Assembly: GCA_043228905.1 (NCBI GenBank) | Contig: JBHGNT010000005.1 | Coordinates: 12,524,001-12,588,000 of the forward strand | Length of the DNA: 64,000 bases | Direction of reading: 5' to 3' | From: Azolla caroliniana | Taxonomy: Eukaryota > Plantae > Polypodiophyta | Part shown: positions 47,301 through 59,402 of the stretch, piece by piece | How the letters are laid out: each line of letters opens with the position of its first letter | Position numbering within the stretch: the stretch's first letter is position 1 | Program-made: the position numbers and the translations under genes | The notes under the pieces: generated by a model | Seen by the model: only the letters and a program-made list of their open reading frames with translations | Database searches by the model: none | What the model was told of the DNA's origin: nothing

Positions 47301-49176
47301 CGAAGTTGTCTTTGGTGCGTACCAGGATGCGGACTCGTAAAAAACGACATCTCGACTTACTCGAGATTTTCGAGTTGAGGGGTTGTAGCACTCGTACCCC
47401 TTTTGCTCCAGTGAGTATCCTACGAGGATACATTTCTCTGACTTTGGGTCAAGCTTTTGACGCTTCTCGTCGGGGATGTGCACGTACCCTATCACGCCGA
47501 ATATCCGGGTGTGTGATAAGTCCGGCTTCTTTCCGAAGTATTTTTCGTGCGGAGTGACCTCGTGCACACCGGATGTTGTGCATCGGTTCATTAGGTAGAC
47601 GGCCGTATTTGCAGCTTCGGCCCAATATGACTTGGGCATATGCTTCTCGTTCATCATGGCCTGTGCTACTTCGAGGATGTGCCGATTTTTGTGCTCGGCT
47701 ACTCCATTTTGTTGCGGAGTGTGTCGGCAAGTGAATTCTCACCGAATTCCTTCCTTTCGAAGATACGCCGTGAAATCGTCCGAGAAGTACTCCTTGCCGC
47801 CATCCGATTGAAGACAACGTACATGTCGGCCCGTGGCTTTCTCGACTTCATTCTTGAATGTTTGGAAGTGTCCGAACACTTCTCTCTTTTGCCGCATCGG
47901 GTAGATCCAAGTGTACCTAGAGAAGTCGTCGATGAAGAGCACGTAATATCGGCATCCGCCAAATGTAGCCGTCTGTGCCGGTCCCCATACGTCGGAATGG
48001 ACTACGTCGAGTAGACCTTTGCTCACGTTCTACTCTTTCGGGAATGGGTATCGGTGTTGCTTGCCGAATTGGCATGCTTCGCATACACCTTCAATCTCCT
48101 TCTCTTTGTATGTCGGGAGTCCGATGACGACTTCTTTCGATTTCATTGCTTTGAGCTTTTGGAGATTTATATGGCCAATCCGCTTGTGCCATAACTCTAT
48201 GTCGGAGTCGGCTTTCATGCCCTTTGCGAACATGGCCGATTTCATCTCGTGTGGGTCAAGAATGAACATTCGGCCCTCTCTTCGTCTGCGTGCGATGAGT
48301 TGGCCCTCTTTTTCGATGAAGCAACCGCCTTGATTAAATCGAACTTGCATCCCTTGCTCTACAATTTGGCCGACGGAGACCAAATTCTTCGTAATGGTCA
48401 GTACATGCAAGACATTTTTAATGTAATTTTGCTTACCTTCTTTTCTGAACGGAACATTGCCGATGTGCCGAATCGGGTGCGTAGTGTCATCTCTGGTTTC
48501 GACTTAACCGGGTCGCTCCGACTCTCAAAGTTCGAGAAACCATTCTTTATGAGATTTCATATGGTTTGAGGCTCCGGAGTCAACAAACCATACGTCCTCT
48601 GGATTGAGGGCACTAGTTGAGGTAGAGGCCGACATAGAGTTTGCTCTGTGTTTCATCATGAACATTCCACCACGGTTGGAGTTGTATGCGTACATTCCGC
48701 CACGATCCTCATAGTTGGAGTTGTGCCCGCACATTCCGCTATACTCTTCGTATTCGGAATTGTGCGCGTGCGTAATTCATGAGTTGTCGGCTTGTGGAAG
48801 CCGATTCACGCATCTTCTTTCGGCACTCTTCTTCGTGGTGGCCGAGCTTTCCGCAATATCTGCATTCAATTGTGTTTTGACGGCTCGGGCCGGAGTGGAA
48901 GCTCCCTCTTCTTGCGAAGTTGTTTCGATCCAACTTCTCGATAGGGAGAGCGCTCCCCATTTGAGTATTCATTATGTTGATTCTTCTTCTTCTTCTTCTC
49001 TCTTCGAATGCGAGCTATGTAGCGAAGCTACGATAGCGATGAGCTGGTTCTTGGTCGTCAGCGTAGAGCACAACACACGATCACGATGAGGCGAATGGGC
49101 TAGATTGAGCTACCAAATCGCTCTGATACCATGTAAAGAATCAAGAGATGGATTCTTGTGAAGCGGAATAGGTGTG

Positions 49177-49217
<41 letters not shown>

Positions 49218-50106
49218 AGATAGAGAGAGAGAGAAAGAGACATAGAACAGAGTATACACAAGGTTAAGTATATTAACAAAGGAGAAAGACACAACATAAT
49301 ACAAAGTGGGAGGAGGGTGCTTTACATAGTCACCCTCTCTCTTCATTAACTACAAGACTCATGGAGCATGGGGAATGTGAAAGCTCATAAGTTATGTGTC
49401 ATAGAATATGATTCTATGACTCATACTAAATGCTAGAATACAAAGTGGTGACATAGTGGTGACTCTTGACCGTTGGAGTGTCTATTCACTCTCAAGGTGA
49501 GTTCACACACTAGACCAAGTTGAACTTGATTATCAACAAATGCATATAAGACATTTGAACATTTCACATCCTAAAATACTTGTAGTAATATGGATGTCGA
49601 GATTCCCTTATTCTATAAATCAGTGTAAGTGTGTATCACGATGTTCTACTTCAAATTGTAATTATTTACAATCATGCCTTCAGAGATTGAGGAATCGTCT
49701 ACAATTATCACACTCATGATATGTTTCTCTTTTTTTCGTTTTCTTCTTCTTCTTCTTCTTCCATCTACGATTATCACACTCAGGATAGGTTTATGTCTTC
49801 TTTTCTCTCTTCTTCTTCTTCTTCTTCATCTTCTTGATCGTCATCTCTTCTATTCTTCTTTCTTCCTTCCTTTGGCTTCTTTTTCACTAATTCTTTTTTT
49901 TCTTTTGCTTTTTGTTAGGGTTTTACTTACATTTTCTTTATAAATACGTATTATACCTGTTTTTTTATAAATACGTTAAATACCGTATTATACAAATGTA
50001 CATGATATTTGACTGAACAACATTGAGGTATAGTACGTATTATACAAATGATGAGGTACTATACGTATTTAAATGTTAAATACGGGTACGTAAATAATCA
50101 TGTGAA
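44388..50106. mobile_element. Probable non-autonomous DNA transposon (AT-rich, subterminal TACGTATT repeats) carrying a nested Copia
   Basis: It interrupts the old Copia at FMQK with TCATGCAAAAA duplicated on both sides, and has imperfect inverted termini. Confidence 0.5.
44672..49538 (-). mobile_element. Ty1/Copia (second lineage), LTRs 44672-45058 and 49132-49538, TSD AATGC; gag largely deleted, pol disrupted
   Basis: Matching LTRs with (GT)n/(GA)n tracts. tRNA-iMet PBS at 49120-49131 abuts the LTR. DSGAS, HSDVWGP, YVDD and ADIFTKAL motifs are present. Confidence 0.93.
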
Positions 50107-51174
50107 TCATGCAAAAACCTCAGGATATTCATCTAGATTGTGCTAAGAGAGTACTCAGGTACATTAGTGGGATGATGGATTATGGCATCTTGTATAAGTC
50201 GGACACGCTCATTCGACTCAAAGTGTACACAGATGCATACTAGGCTGGCCACAAGGCCAACAGACGATCGACCTTCAAGTTCGTCTTTTCCCTCGGTAGT
50301 GGAGCAATATCATGGAGTAGCAAGAAGCAACTGATCGTTCCATTATCGAGCATAGAAGCCAAATATAGGGGTGCAACCGTTGTAGCATGTGAAGTCGTTT
50401 GGCTGAAAAGAAGATTGAAGGATCTGGGCGTTCCAATCAAGGATCTGATTCTCCTTTACTGTGACAACATGAGGAGTATTCATCTGCCTCAGAGCCCAGT
50501 GTTCCATGCGCGCACAAAGCATATTGAAGTGCACTACCACTTCATTTGAGAGCGCGTTCGGGTTGGAGATGTCGACCTGCAACACATTAGCACAAACCTT
50601 AAGGTAGTCGACATCTTCACAAAAGATTTAGGAGCTGACAAGCTCAGGCAATTCATGACGAACCTTGGCCTAACACTAGCTGCATTGCCGAGCTTGAGGG
50701 GGAGTACAACAACTGACAACTCAATGCAATAGCCGAATAACAGTCGATCAGTCAATCGAAACCGACCAATGGAGGTCGAAGCACAAAGCTGAACCGAGCT
50801 AACTAACAAACAGGCTAGTCGAACAAGAAGCAAAAAGTAGTCAGACGAAGGAAAACATATATCAATCGACCAATCAAAGCCAATCTAACCGACCATCCAG
50901 ACACAGAGCTGAGGAATTTAGAAAGCCGAAACAAGCCAACCAACAAGACGACTTTCCAGTGACCGGAAGTTGTTTTTGAAGGGACGTGTTGAGAATCAAA
51001 CCCAACTTCCCCAATGGAATGGCCTTCACACTAGCATTAGAAACTCTAGGTTTAGGCTAGTTTTGTAAATAGTAGAAAGGGCAGTTGCCCTAAGTTAGTT
51101 GGTATTTAAACCAACTCTTTTGTAACCAAGTTACTCTCTCTCTCTCTATGTTTGTCTTACACACACACACAAGT

Positions 51175-51221
<47 letters not shown>

Positions 51222-51325
51222 GTTTCCTTCCACTGCGCTAGATCATCTACACTCTCCATTTCATTACAGATTTTGTCACCCAGATATTGTAAAGTCATCG
51301 AATGAGGTATATCTAAATGTTGACA
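50107..51325 (+). mobile_element. Old Copia RNase H, 3' spacer and 3' LTR (starts 50987; end approximate)
   Basis: RTKHIEVHYHFI, DIFTK and LRGS motifs. A purine tract is followed by TGTTGAG. Confidence 0.75.
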
Positions 51326-53202
51326 TAACTTTCTTCTCATAGGTGTTCGATAACGTTTGCCACAACTTGTAAGTTGTCATACATGAGTGGAATGTGAAGT
51401 ACATTGATTTGGAAAAATGAACTCGAATGGTTGCTGTACATAGTGGATCAAGTTTCGATCATCTTCAACTTCATACTTGGTAGGTGTCAATCCATTAAAT
51501 CTCAATCTATCTTTCCATTCATGAGAAGATAATCCTACATTTGCTCCTCTCAAAAGTTAAAATTCAATCCATTAAACTTCTTTAGGCACATGGCCATTGA
51601 TTTTGATATAAATGCCATACCAAAAAACGGATCTAGTACTCGAGAGCAATGGAATATTGTAGGAGAATACTTGAGATGAGCTAAATGCTCAATCTAAGAG
51701 CAATAACGGATATGAAGCTTGGAGTCGAGAACAATTCTAGAAGGCGATGCTCAATTTCAATGCTCTAGGTGATAGTCGTACTCGAGCCCAATGCTAGATT
51801 CAAGTGCAACGCTCGAAGGAAATGCTGGAGCCTATCTTTTCTTTTGTTCTCTCTTACAAAAAAGTGGTAGACAATAGAAAAAATGTTGGAGTAGACAATG
51901 GTGGGAAACTTCAAGAAGAATGACAAATGGCCTTTTCCTCAATATGTTGCAAAAATCACTAAGCAAACTTTGTTAAACCCTGAAATTTTTTCTCTAGCTA
52001 AATCCTTTGAGAGTCTAGGGAAACAATTCCACCCCATTACATATGACGATTCCAATAGTTGCACCAACGCCGCCTCAAGACATTTTAACAATACTTCCCC
52101 AAAGTTAACACAAGGTTGAGGCGGCCAGAAAGAGGTTGATATAATTAGGGTGACACATTTTAAAAAGAAATCCAACTAGCGATATTCGTCTTAAGAGAAT
52201 ATGTAGTTTAAGAAATTATTGTTTCGTTTACTTAAATGTGTTTATTTATGTTGAAGCGTTGCGTAGAAAATGGTTATACTTATGAAATGTCACACATGAC
52301 GCATCTTTGAAAGTGTCAGACATTGCATCATGTATGTATGTATGTCTGTATGCATGAGCATCACCCATATGTGTAAGCAAAAGCAAGTAAACATGTTCAC
52401 ATTGAATGAATGTATGACCTTTCTTGACACCTGCATTCTGGCCGCTTCCTCCTTCTCATATTTTATTTGGCCAGCCAGATCACAAGCATGGTTTTCCAGA
52501 TTGCCTCATGAGCTTTGACTTAGAAGCCCAATACATGGACTTTATAACATAGGATTGGGGACTTATTGGATTCTAAATGTAGACATGGATTTTATGTCAA
52601 CACACAAGGTATCCTTTTGTTAGAATTGACTATCCTTTTGTAGAAGCAATTTCAACCTCTCAGGAAAATGAGCCATTATCTGAGGGGGGAAAAATTTAAG
52701 GTGCTAATTAACATATGAGTGTCTTTTGAGGATATTATGTGAATGATTTAGTGGTGTACGAAAATACATGAATGGATGCTAATTGAAGAAACATACAACT
52801 TAAAGGACTTAATTGTGTCATTTATACTATTACTGGGTAAAAATAAATTCTAATTGACCTGAATTTAAGGAGAATCAACAATTTAGCACCATATCATTAT
52901 CCTATGGAGCATTCCTGTCTGGTACTTACTGTATCAATGTCTTAATTAAAGTAAATATATTCAAGTAAATTTTTTAACAGGTCGCACTTGGTTCTATGGG
53001 TTGTGACCAAGTTATCACAGGGGTGAGGAATCAGGATCCAATTGCTAGTTTTATGTATAAATAATTAGGAGACGTGTGTTCAAATCGATTAATATATACC
53101 CATAGAATTTAGGTTCAATTGATGGCGGTTTTGTTGTCATATAAAACTAATTTAGAGGTTTTTCTACGAGTCTCGCTGGCGAGAATCATCAAAGCTCCTT
53201 AA

Positions 53203-53210
53203 GAATATTC
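53203..53210. promoter_or_regulatory. P1BS element (PHR1-binding site, GNATATNC)
   Basis: GAATATTC lies ~85 bp upstream of the TATA box of a PHT1 gene. Confidence 0.75.
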
Positions 53211-53240
53211 ACAAGTACATTCCTTGCAGTTTTGAAAAGA

Positions 53241-53262
53241 TTGACTTTGGCACAAGTTGACT
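53241..53262 (+). promoter_or_regulatory. Two tandem W-boxes (TTGACT)
   Basis: TTGACT at 53241 and 53257, between the P1BS and TATA. Confidence 0.55.
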
Positions 53263-53294
53263 TTCGTAGACCCATCGATTGATATTTTTCATTC

Positions 53295-53302
53295 TATAAA
53301 TA
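53295..53302 (+). promoter_or_regulatory. TATA box
   Basis: TATAAATA followed by a pyrimidine-rich leader. Confidence 0.75.
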
Positions 53303-53400
53303 CCTATGGGATCTTAGGTTTCTACTCAACATACCCAAAGCTCCCCCCTCTTCTCCTGTTCCTGCAACCTAATCTAATCAGGAGGATTTAATTCAAACTT

Positions 53401-53668
53401 GTAAGTCTTGTTGGCATGTCTTTCAATTGTGCGATGTGTGTGTGTTGTGTGTGTGGTAGTTTCTCTCTCTCTCTCTCTCTGTTGTTTGGAAACCGTAGCA
53501 TTGCATAAGTACTGGAATGTGTGAATTATATTATATATTAATGGCACTGTCGAAATTATAATTATGTCAAGTATTGCTTCCAGGCGCTATGAATGTGTTC
53601 ATGGTGTCCGTCGCTCATGACGATGAATGAATCAATGTTTCAATGATATGGCATTCATTTCATTTCAG
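53401..53668 (+). other. 5'-UTR intron of PHT1
   Basis: GTAAGT donor and TTTCAG acceptor 17 nt before the ATG. It removes many upstream ATGs. Confidence 0.75.
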
Positions 53669-53685
53669 GTTGCTGACTCTCGGAA

Positions 53686-55275
53686 ATGGCGTTGGAGGTT
53701 TTGACGGCATTGGACAAGGCGAAGACGCAATGGTACCACTTCACTGCCATAGTGATTGCCGGAATGGGTTTTTTCACCGATGCTTACGATCTCTTCTGCA
53801 TCTCCACCGTGACTAAGCTCCTAGGCCGCATCTACTACTTCAATCCTGCAAGTACTAAACCAGGAACCTTGCCCCCAAATGTGTCTGCAGCCGTCAATGG
53901 CGTCGCCCTATGTGGCACGCTCGCTGGCCAACTCTTCTTTGGCTGGCTCGGTGACAAATTGGGGCGCAAGAAGGTGTATGGTGTTACGCTCCTCCTCATG
54001 GTCATATGCTCTATCGCATCTGCGCTCTCCTTCGGCTCTACTGCCAAGTCCGTGATGACCACGCTCTGTTTCTTCCGCTTTTGGCTGGGCTTCGGGATCG
54101 GTGGCGATTATCCGCTGTCGGCGACCATCATGTCGGAGTATGCGAACAAGCGCACTCGTGGCGCTTTCATCGCCGCAGTGTTCGCGATGCAGGGCACCGG
54201 GATCCTCGCGGGGGCCACAGTCTCCATCGTTGTCTCCTCTGCCTTCAATAATGCAGACCCACGCCCACCCTACAGTGCAGACCGTGCGGGGTCGACACCG
54301 AAGCAAGCGGATTTCGTGTGGCGGCTGGTGTTCATGTTGGGGGCCATACCAGCGTTGCTGACGTACTACTGGCGGATGAAGATGCCGGAGACTGCTCGTT
54401 ATACGGCACTGGTGGAAGGGAATGCAAAGCAAGCGGCTCAAGACATGACCAAAGTCCTGGCGGTGGAGCTTCATGCGGAGCAAGAGAAGGTGGACAAAAT
54501 CCGGTCAGACCAAAGCCAGAAGTACGGGCTGTTCTCGGCAGAGTTCGCTCGGCGGCATGGGCTGCATCTGCTGGGAACAACAAGCACCTGGTTCCTGCTG
54601 GACATCGCCTTCTACAGCCAGAACCTGTTCCAGAAGGACGTGTTGACGGCCATCGAGTGGCTGCCAAAGGCCGCCACCATGAGCGCCCTGGAGGAGGTGT
54701 TCAAGATCAGCAAAGCGCAGGCGCTCATCGCGCTGTGCTCCACGGTCCCCGGCTACTGGTTCACCGTCGCCTTCATTGACAGACTGGGAAGATTCAAAAT
54801 CCAGCTCATGGGCTTCTTCATGATGACAGCCTTCATGCTGGGCTTGGCCATTCCCTACGACACACTCAAGGAGAAGAACCATCGCATCACGTTCGTGGTG
54901 CTGTACGCCTTCACATTCTTCTTTGCAAACTTCGGTCCCAACAGCACCACCTTCATTGTTCCTGCGGAGGTGTTCCCGGCGCGGCTGCGATCGACATGCC
55001 ACGGTATTTCGGCTGCGGCCGGCAAGGCGGGGGCCATTATCGGCGCATTTGGCTTCCTTTACGCCGCACAAAGCAAGATTCCCGGTGAGCAAGATGCCGG
55101 ATATCCCAACGGTGTTGGCGTCCGCACATCCCTACTCATTCTCGGCGGCATCAACGCCCTAGGATTTTTCTTCACTTTCCTCGTGCCAGAGACGAACGGT
55201 CGATCGCTCGAGGAGATCACGGGCGAGAACGAGAACGATGGGGATGATGGCGATCGAAAGCTCGAACTCACCGTC

Positions 55276-55278
<3 letters not shown>
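53686..55278 (+). CDS. PHT1: PHT1-family high-affinity phosphate:H+ symporter (MFS), 530 aa, intronless CDS
   Basis: Signature [13 protein letters not shown]; [24 protein letters not shown]; [28 protein letters not shown]. Confidence 0.98.

Positions 55279-55323
<45 letters not shown>
55276..55323 (+). repeat. (TGA)16 microsatellite beginning with the PHT1 stop codon
   Basis: Read directly from the sequence. Confidence 0.95.
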
Positions 55324-55324
<1 letters not shown>

Positions 55325-56312
55325 GAGAAGAGACTACTGACTGGTCCCGTCCCGTCCCATTATAGATCTACTACATTTCACATCAATACTACTAAATAAA
55401 TAAATAATAGAATTTCACATTAGGTGTGAAATGCCTAATTTATTATGTATGTCATATTCTAAGAGTCTAAGGCCACATTTACTTATACATATAATACTAC
55501 CACATCTTGTCAAATGTCACACTTCCATGAATGCAAAATGGTGATCATGCATGGCTCCCAAGGTGGTCGGTCACTTCTCGGCATGCATTTCTCCAACCAT
55601 TCTACGTAGTATATTTATTATATGCAGGCACTCTAATCATTGGTGAACTTTTCCTACTTCATGCCTAGCCTTTTTCACTCTCTTGTGCCCCCTTGCTTGC
55701 TAAAGCGAAATCTTGTTGTACATATCATTTTCTTCACCTTTTGAAATTTATCATTGTTTTTGGGCTTCAATCAAGACTACCCCATTTCTAATAATAATTG
55801 CAACTTATCATACTAACTCCTCCAATATCGTTAGGGTGTTGGTAACATTTACTCTTAAGGGGAGTGTAAAACTAGTACTGTTGGATTTGAAGGATGTAAC
55901 CTCCAATCCGTCTACTCCTTGTGATTTTGGGACTTCTCTATACGTAAGATTGGTTCTCCATGTCCCATATGGAAGTCTCCCTATAGTCGTCGTAAGTACA
56001 TTATGCCATGGCCAAGGGTCCAACTTCTTGTATGTTCTCTATGGTGGGGAACTCGGTCTCATGATGTGGTGGGTGCAGAATAGGAACGTTGTAGAGATGC
56101 TATGTTTCACGATAAGTTGATGTTTGGGTCGAAGTGATTACATTAATTCCAAACATATTAGGATCCAATGTTAATTTAGTGAATGCATTAATTAATTGCG
56201 TTTTACTCTTCTGTCGTGGCTTTGAATCACGATCAGGCAACCATGGCTTGATGATGTGGTTGTTAGGAGAATATTAATATACACCCTTGTTTTGGAGAGA
56301 GAATATTGATAT

Positions 56313-57527
56313 TGTAAAAGAATACGTGCGGAAGCTTATGCGACACACACAAAATGCACAATCTGTTGTCCGGAAATACAATAGTTAGGTAAACATAGAG
56401 AATGTAGATACATAGTATGAAAGAGAGAGAGAGACAGAGAGGTGAGGAAGTTGGGTTTCGAACCCAAAACGTAGTGCTTGTAGTGCTAACAACTTACCAC
56501 TAGGGTATAGTAATTACGAAAACAGAGATAGAGAGAGAGACAGAGATAGAGATAGAGCAGACAACAATACTTGATTCAAAATAATCAACACTCTGTACAT
56601 AAACCTATGCTCAGAGAGGAATCTTTATACAAGCCTTGATGAGTGGGTTGACACAAGTACTGACAAGTACTTGAATGCTCATTAGTTGAGCCTGACATTA
56701 ACAACCTATAATATTCCTATTTAGTAAAGTAGGAATATATGCCCCTAACGGCCTGTCCGATTCCATTCGACTCGGCCTAGCCGATCGCTCTTCATTTCTC
56801 TTCATTTGATCTAGCTCTCAGTATCTTCAGTTGATCTGACCCATGTTGAGCTTGTTTCTCAACACTCCCCTCAAGCTCAACTTGAGGTTCTTCGTCAGCT
56901 CCAATTGGTCCATTGCTTTCTCAGCTCCGTCTCCCCTTTGTTCGGTTGGTTCCGGATCCAGCTCGTTCTCTTGGCCAGTCCCCCTGCATCCATCCTTAGC
57001 TTCTTCAACCGTCCCGAAATCGAATTCCACATCTGATTCTACTTTTCGGGCTTCATCTCTATTCCGCATGCTTTGGTTTTCGCTATTTCCCCCCCTCAAG
57101 TTCGGTCTGTGGAGGTGCTACATACCAAGCTCACTCGGAAAATGCCGCAACTGGTCTAGGCCGAGAGGTTTGGTGAAGATAGATCAACAACTTGCCAATA
57201 TATCAGAACATATATGAGTTCCACTTCACCGGAGAGGACACACTTGTGCACAAAGTGGTAGTGCATCTCGATGTGCTTCGTGCAAGCATGGAAGACAGGG
57301 GTTTTGGCTAGCTGAATGCTGTTGAGGTTGTCACAGTATATCACTGTTGGCTCGGACACCTCCATCTACAGATCCATTAATAGCCTCTTCAGCCACATGG
57401 CTTCGCATGTTGCAACAACCTCTTACTGCTCCAAGCGATCACAACGCTTCCAAGAGAAAACACAAAGCCTGATGTAGACCTTCGATCGTCGGCATTTTCG
57501 GCCCAATCGGCATCCGTGTAGCCGACA
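56313..57527 (-). mobile_element. Old Copia 3' end: LTR (~56313-56864), spacer and RNase H, cut by another Copia at 57528
   Basis: GYTDADWA..RRSTSGFVF and TKHIEMHYHF motifs; PPT at 56865. The left LTR boundary is approximate. Confidence 0.75.
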
Positions 57528-59402
57528 TGTTGTCTGGCTACACCGGTCGGATATAATAATGATAGAAAAACAAGAACTCGCCCACAACCGAGTCGAATGT
57601 AGAATAGGAAACACAAGCAGAAATAAAGGGATAATAGAAATGAAAGTGCACAAGGTATACCGTGGAAAAACCCCAAATCGGGTAAAAAACCACGGGTGCC
57701 CACAAACACCAAACAAATCACTATAAGAGAGATATACAATGATCGAACTCATAGGTACCGACCTAGGCTCGTACACTTCACCGACAGGCGGTTACAATAG
57801 AGAAGCTCTCACTACCCCTTTCTCTCTCTCTCTCTCTCTAGCTATGGTTGCTCTGCTGTAGAGACAATAACCTCGCACACGTTGTACACAGTTACAGAGA
57901 CAACTTACACTGCAATCCAATGAACCATACTACACTAACTGTTAACCTCGCTAATAATAAGGTTGCCCTAGTTATGTTTATACCTAGGTAAGTTTCAGGC
58001 TATTTACCTAACTGGCCTTAATAGGCTCGACTCAAACCTATTTACATTTTCGTGTGTTCTGAATTTGGTCCCTCTGAAAGGGACCTAATTCTCAACAAAC
58101 TCCCCCTTCACTTCGGATGGGGCTTCACTAGTCCAACCCGACTCCGACATGCTTCTAGTCTTTCTGCCGACAACATTTTTGTGAGCATGTCGGATCCCTT
58201 CTCTGATGTGTGGATTTTCGTCAGAGCAAACTCCCCTTCTTCTACTTGTTCTCGGAGCTAATGATATCGCCTTCGATGTGTTTGGTCCTCGAGTGGTAGG
58301 TCACATTCCTAGCAAGGTGGATGCCACTTTGGTTGTTGCAATAGAGTCGGAATTCACCTTGTTGAATTCCTCGCTCTTCGACAAACTCCTTCATCCATAT
58401 CATTTCCTTGCCGACATCGATAACTGCCATGTACTCGGGTTCCGTGGTCGACAATGCCACAACTTTTTGCAACCTTGATTGCAACGAGACGGTTCCCCCT
58501 GCACAAATCATCACATACTCGGATGTGAACCAACTGGTATCTACATCAGGCAACATGTTCGAGTCAGTAAAGCCTTCTAATATGGGGTTACCTGAACAGA
58601 ATCAAAGACACATGCTCAAAGTGCCTTTCAGGTATTGAAATATCCACTTAACTGCTATTCAATGCTCTCTTCTGGGGTTACTCATGTATCGGCTGACAAC
58701 TCCGACAACATATCCAATGTCCGGTCTGGTACATATCATCACGTACATCAGGCTTCCGACTGTTAAGGCATATGACACCTTCATCATTTCAGCTTTCTCC
58801 ATCTTCATTTTTGGACTTTGTTTCTTGAACAACTTGCAATTTGCCGAAAGTGTCGATTCAACCGGCTTTGCATTCGCCATGCTGAACCTTTGGAGCACCT
58901 TTGTCACGCATTTCTCCTATGACAGCCATAATATCTTCTTAGTCCAATCCCGGACTATGTGCATCCCCAAGATTTGTTTTGCGGGATCCATGTATTTCAT
59001 TGAGAATGACTTGCTCAAGGCCTTCTTCAGCAATCAAATCTTCACTTGGTCCCGTCTAACAATCAACATGTCGTCCACGTACCTCAAAAGGATTAGGAAG
59101 TCTCCGTCGTCGAACTTCTTCATGAACACACAATGGTCGGCCTGTGTCATGTGGTATCCATGATCGGTCATGAAGGAGTCGAACTTCAGTTACCATTGCC
59201 AGAGAGCTTGCTTCAGTCCGTATAAGCTCTTCTTCTATTGGCACACCAGGTTCTCCCTCCCTTTCTTGATGAATCCTTCCGGTTGTTGCATGTAGATCTC
59301 CACTTCGAGGTCACCGTGTATGAATGCCATTTTGACATCTAACTACTCCTTCTCGAGGTCCATGCTTGTGGCTATATTTAACACCATACAAATGGATGTC
59401 AC

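Noticed and set aside
51146-51342. ORFs with HT/CV repeats
   Set aside because: These are translations of a (CA)n microsatellite.
53404-53415. MYCS/CTTC mycorrhizal element
   Set aside because: TCTTGTTG mismatches the TCTTGTTC core and overlaps the intron donor.
53835-55271. Antisense and alternate-frame ORFs over PHT1
   Set aside because: Expected shadows of a GC3-rich CDS.
55750-56300. Very old plus-strand Copia end (AAGGGGAG followed by TGTAAA at ~55865)
   Set aside because: Suggestive only; boundaries and coding motifs are too decayed to call.
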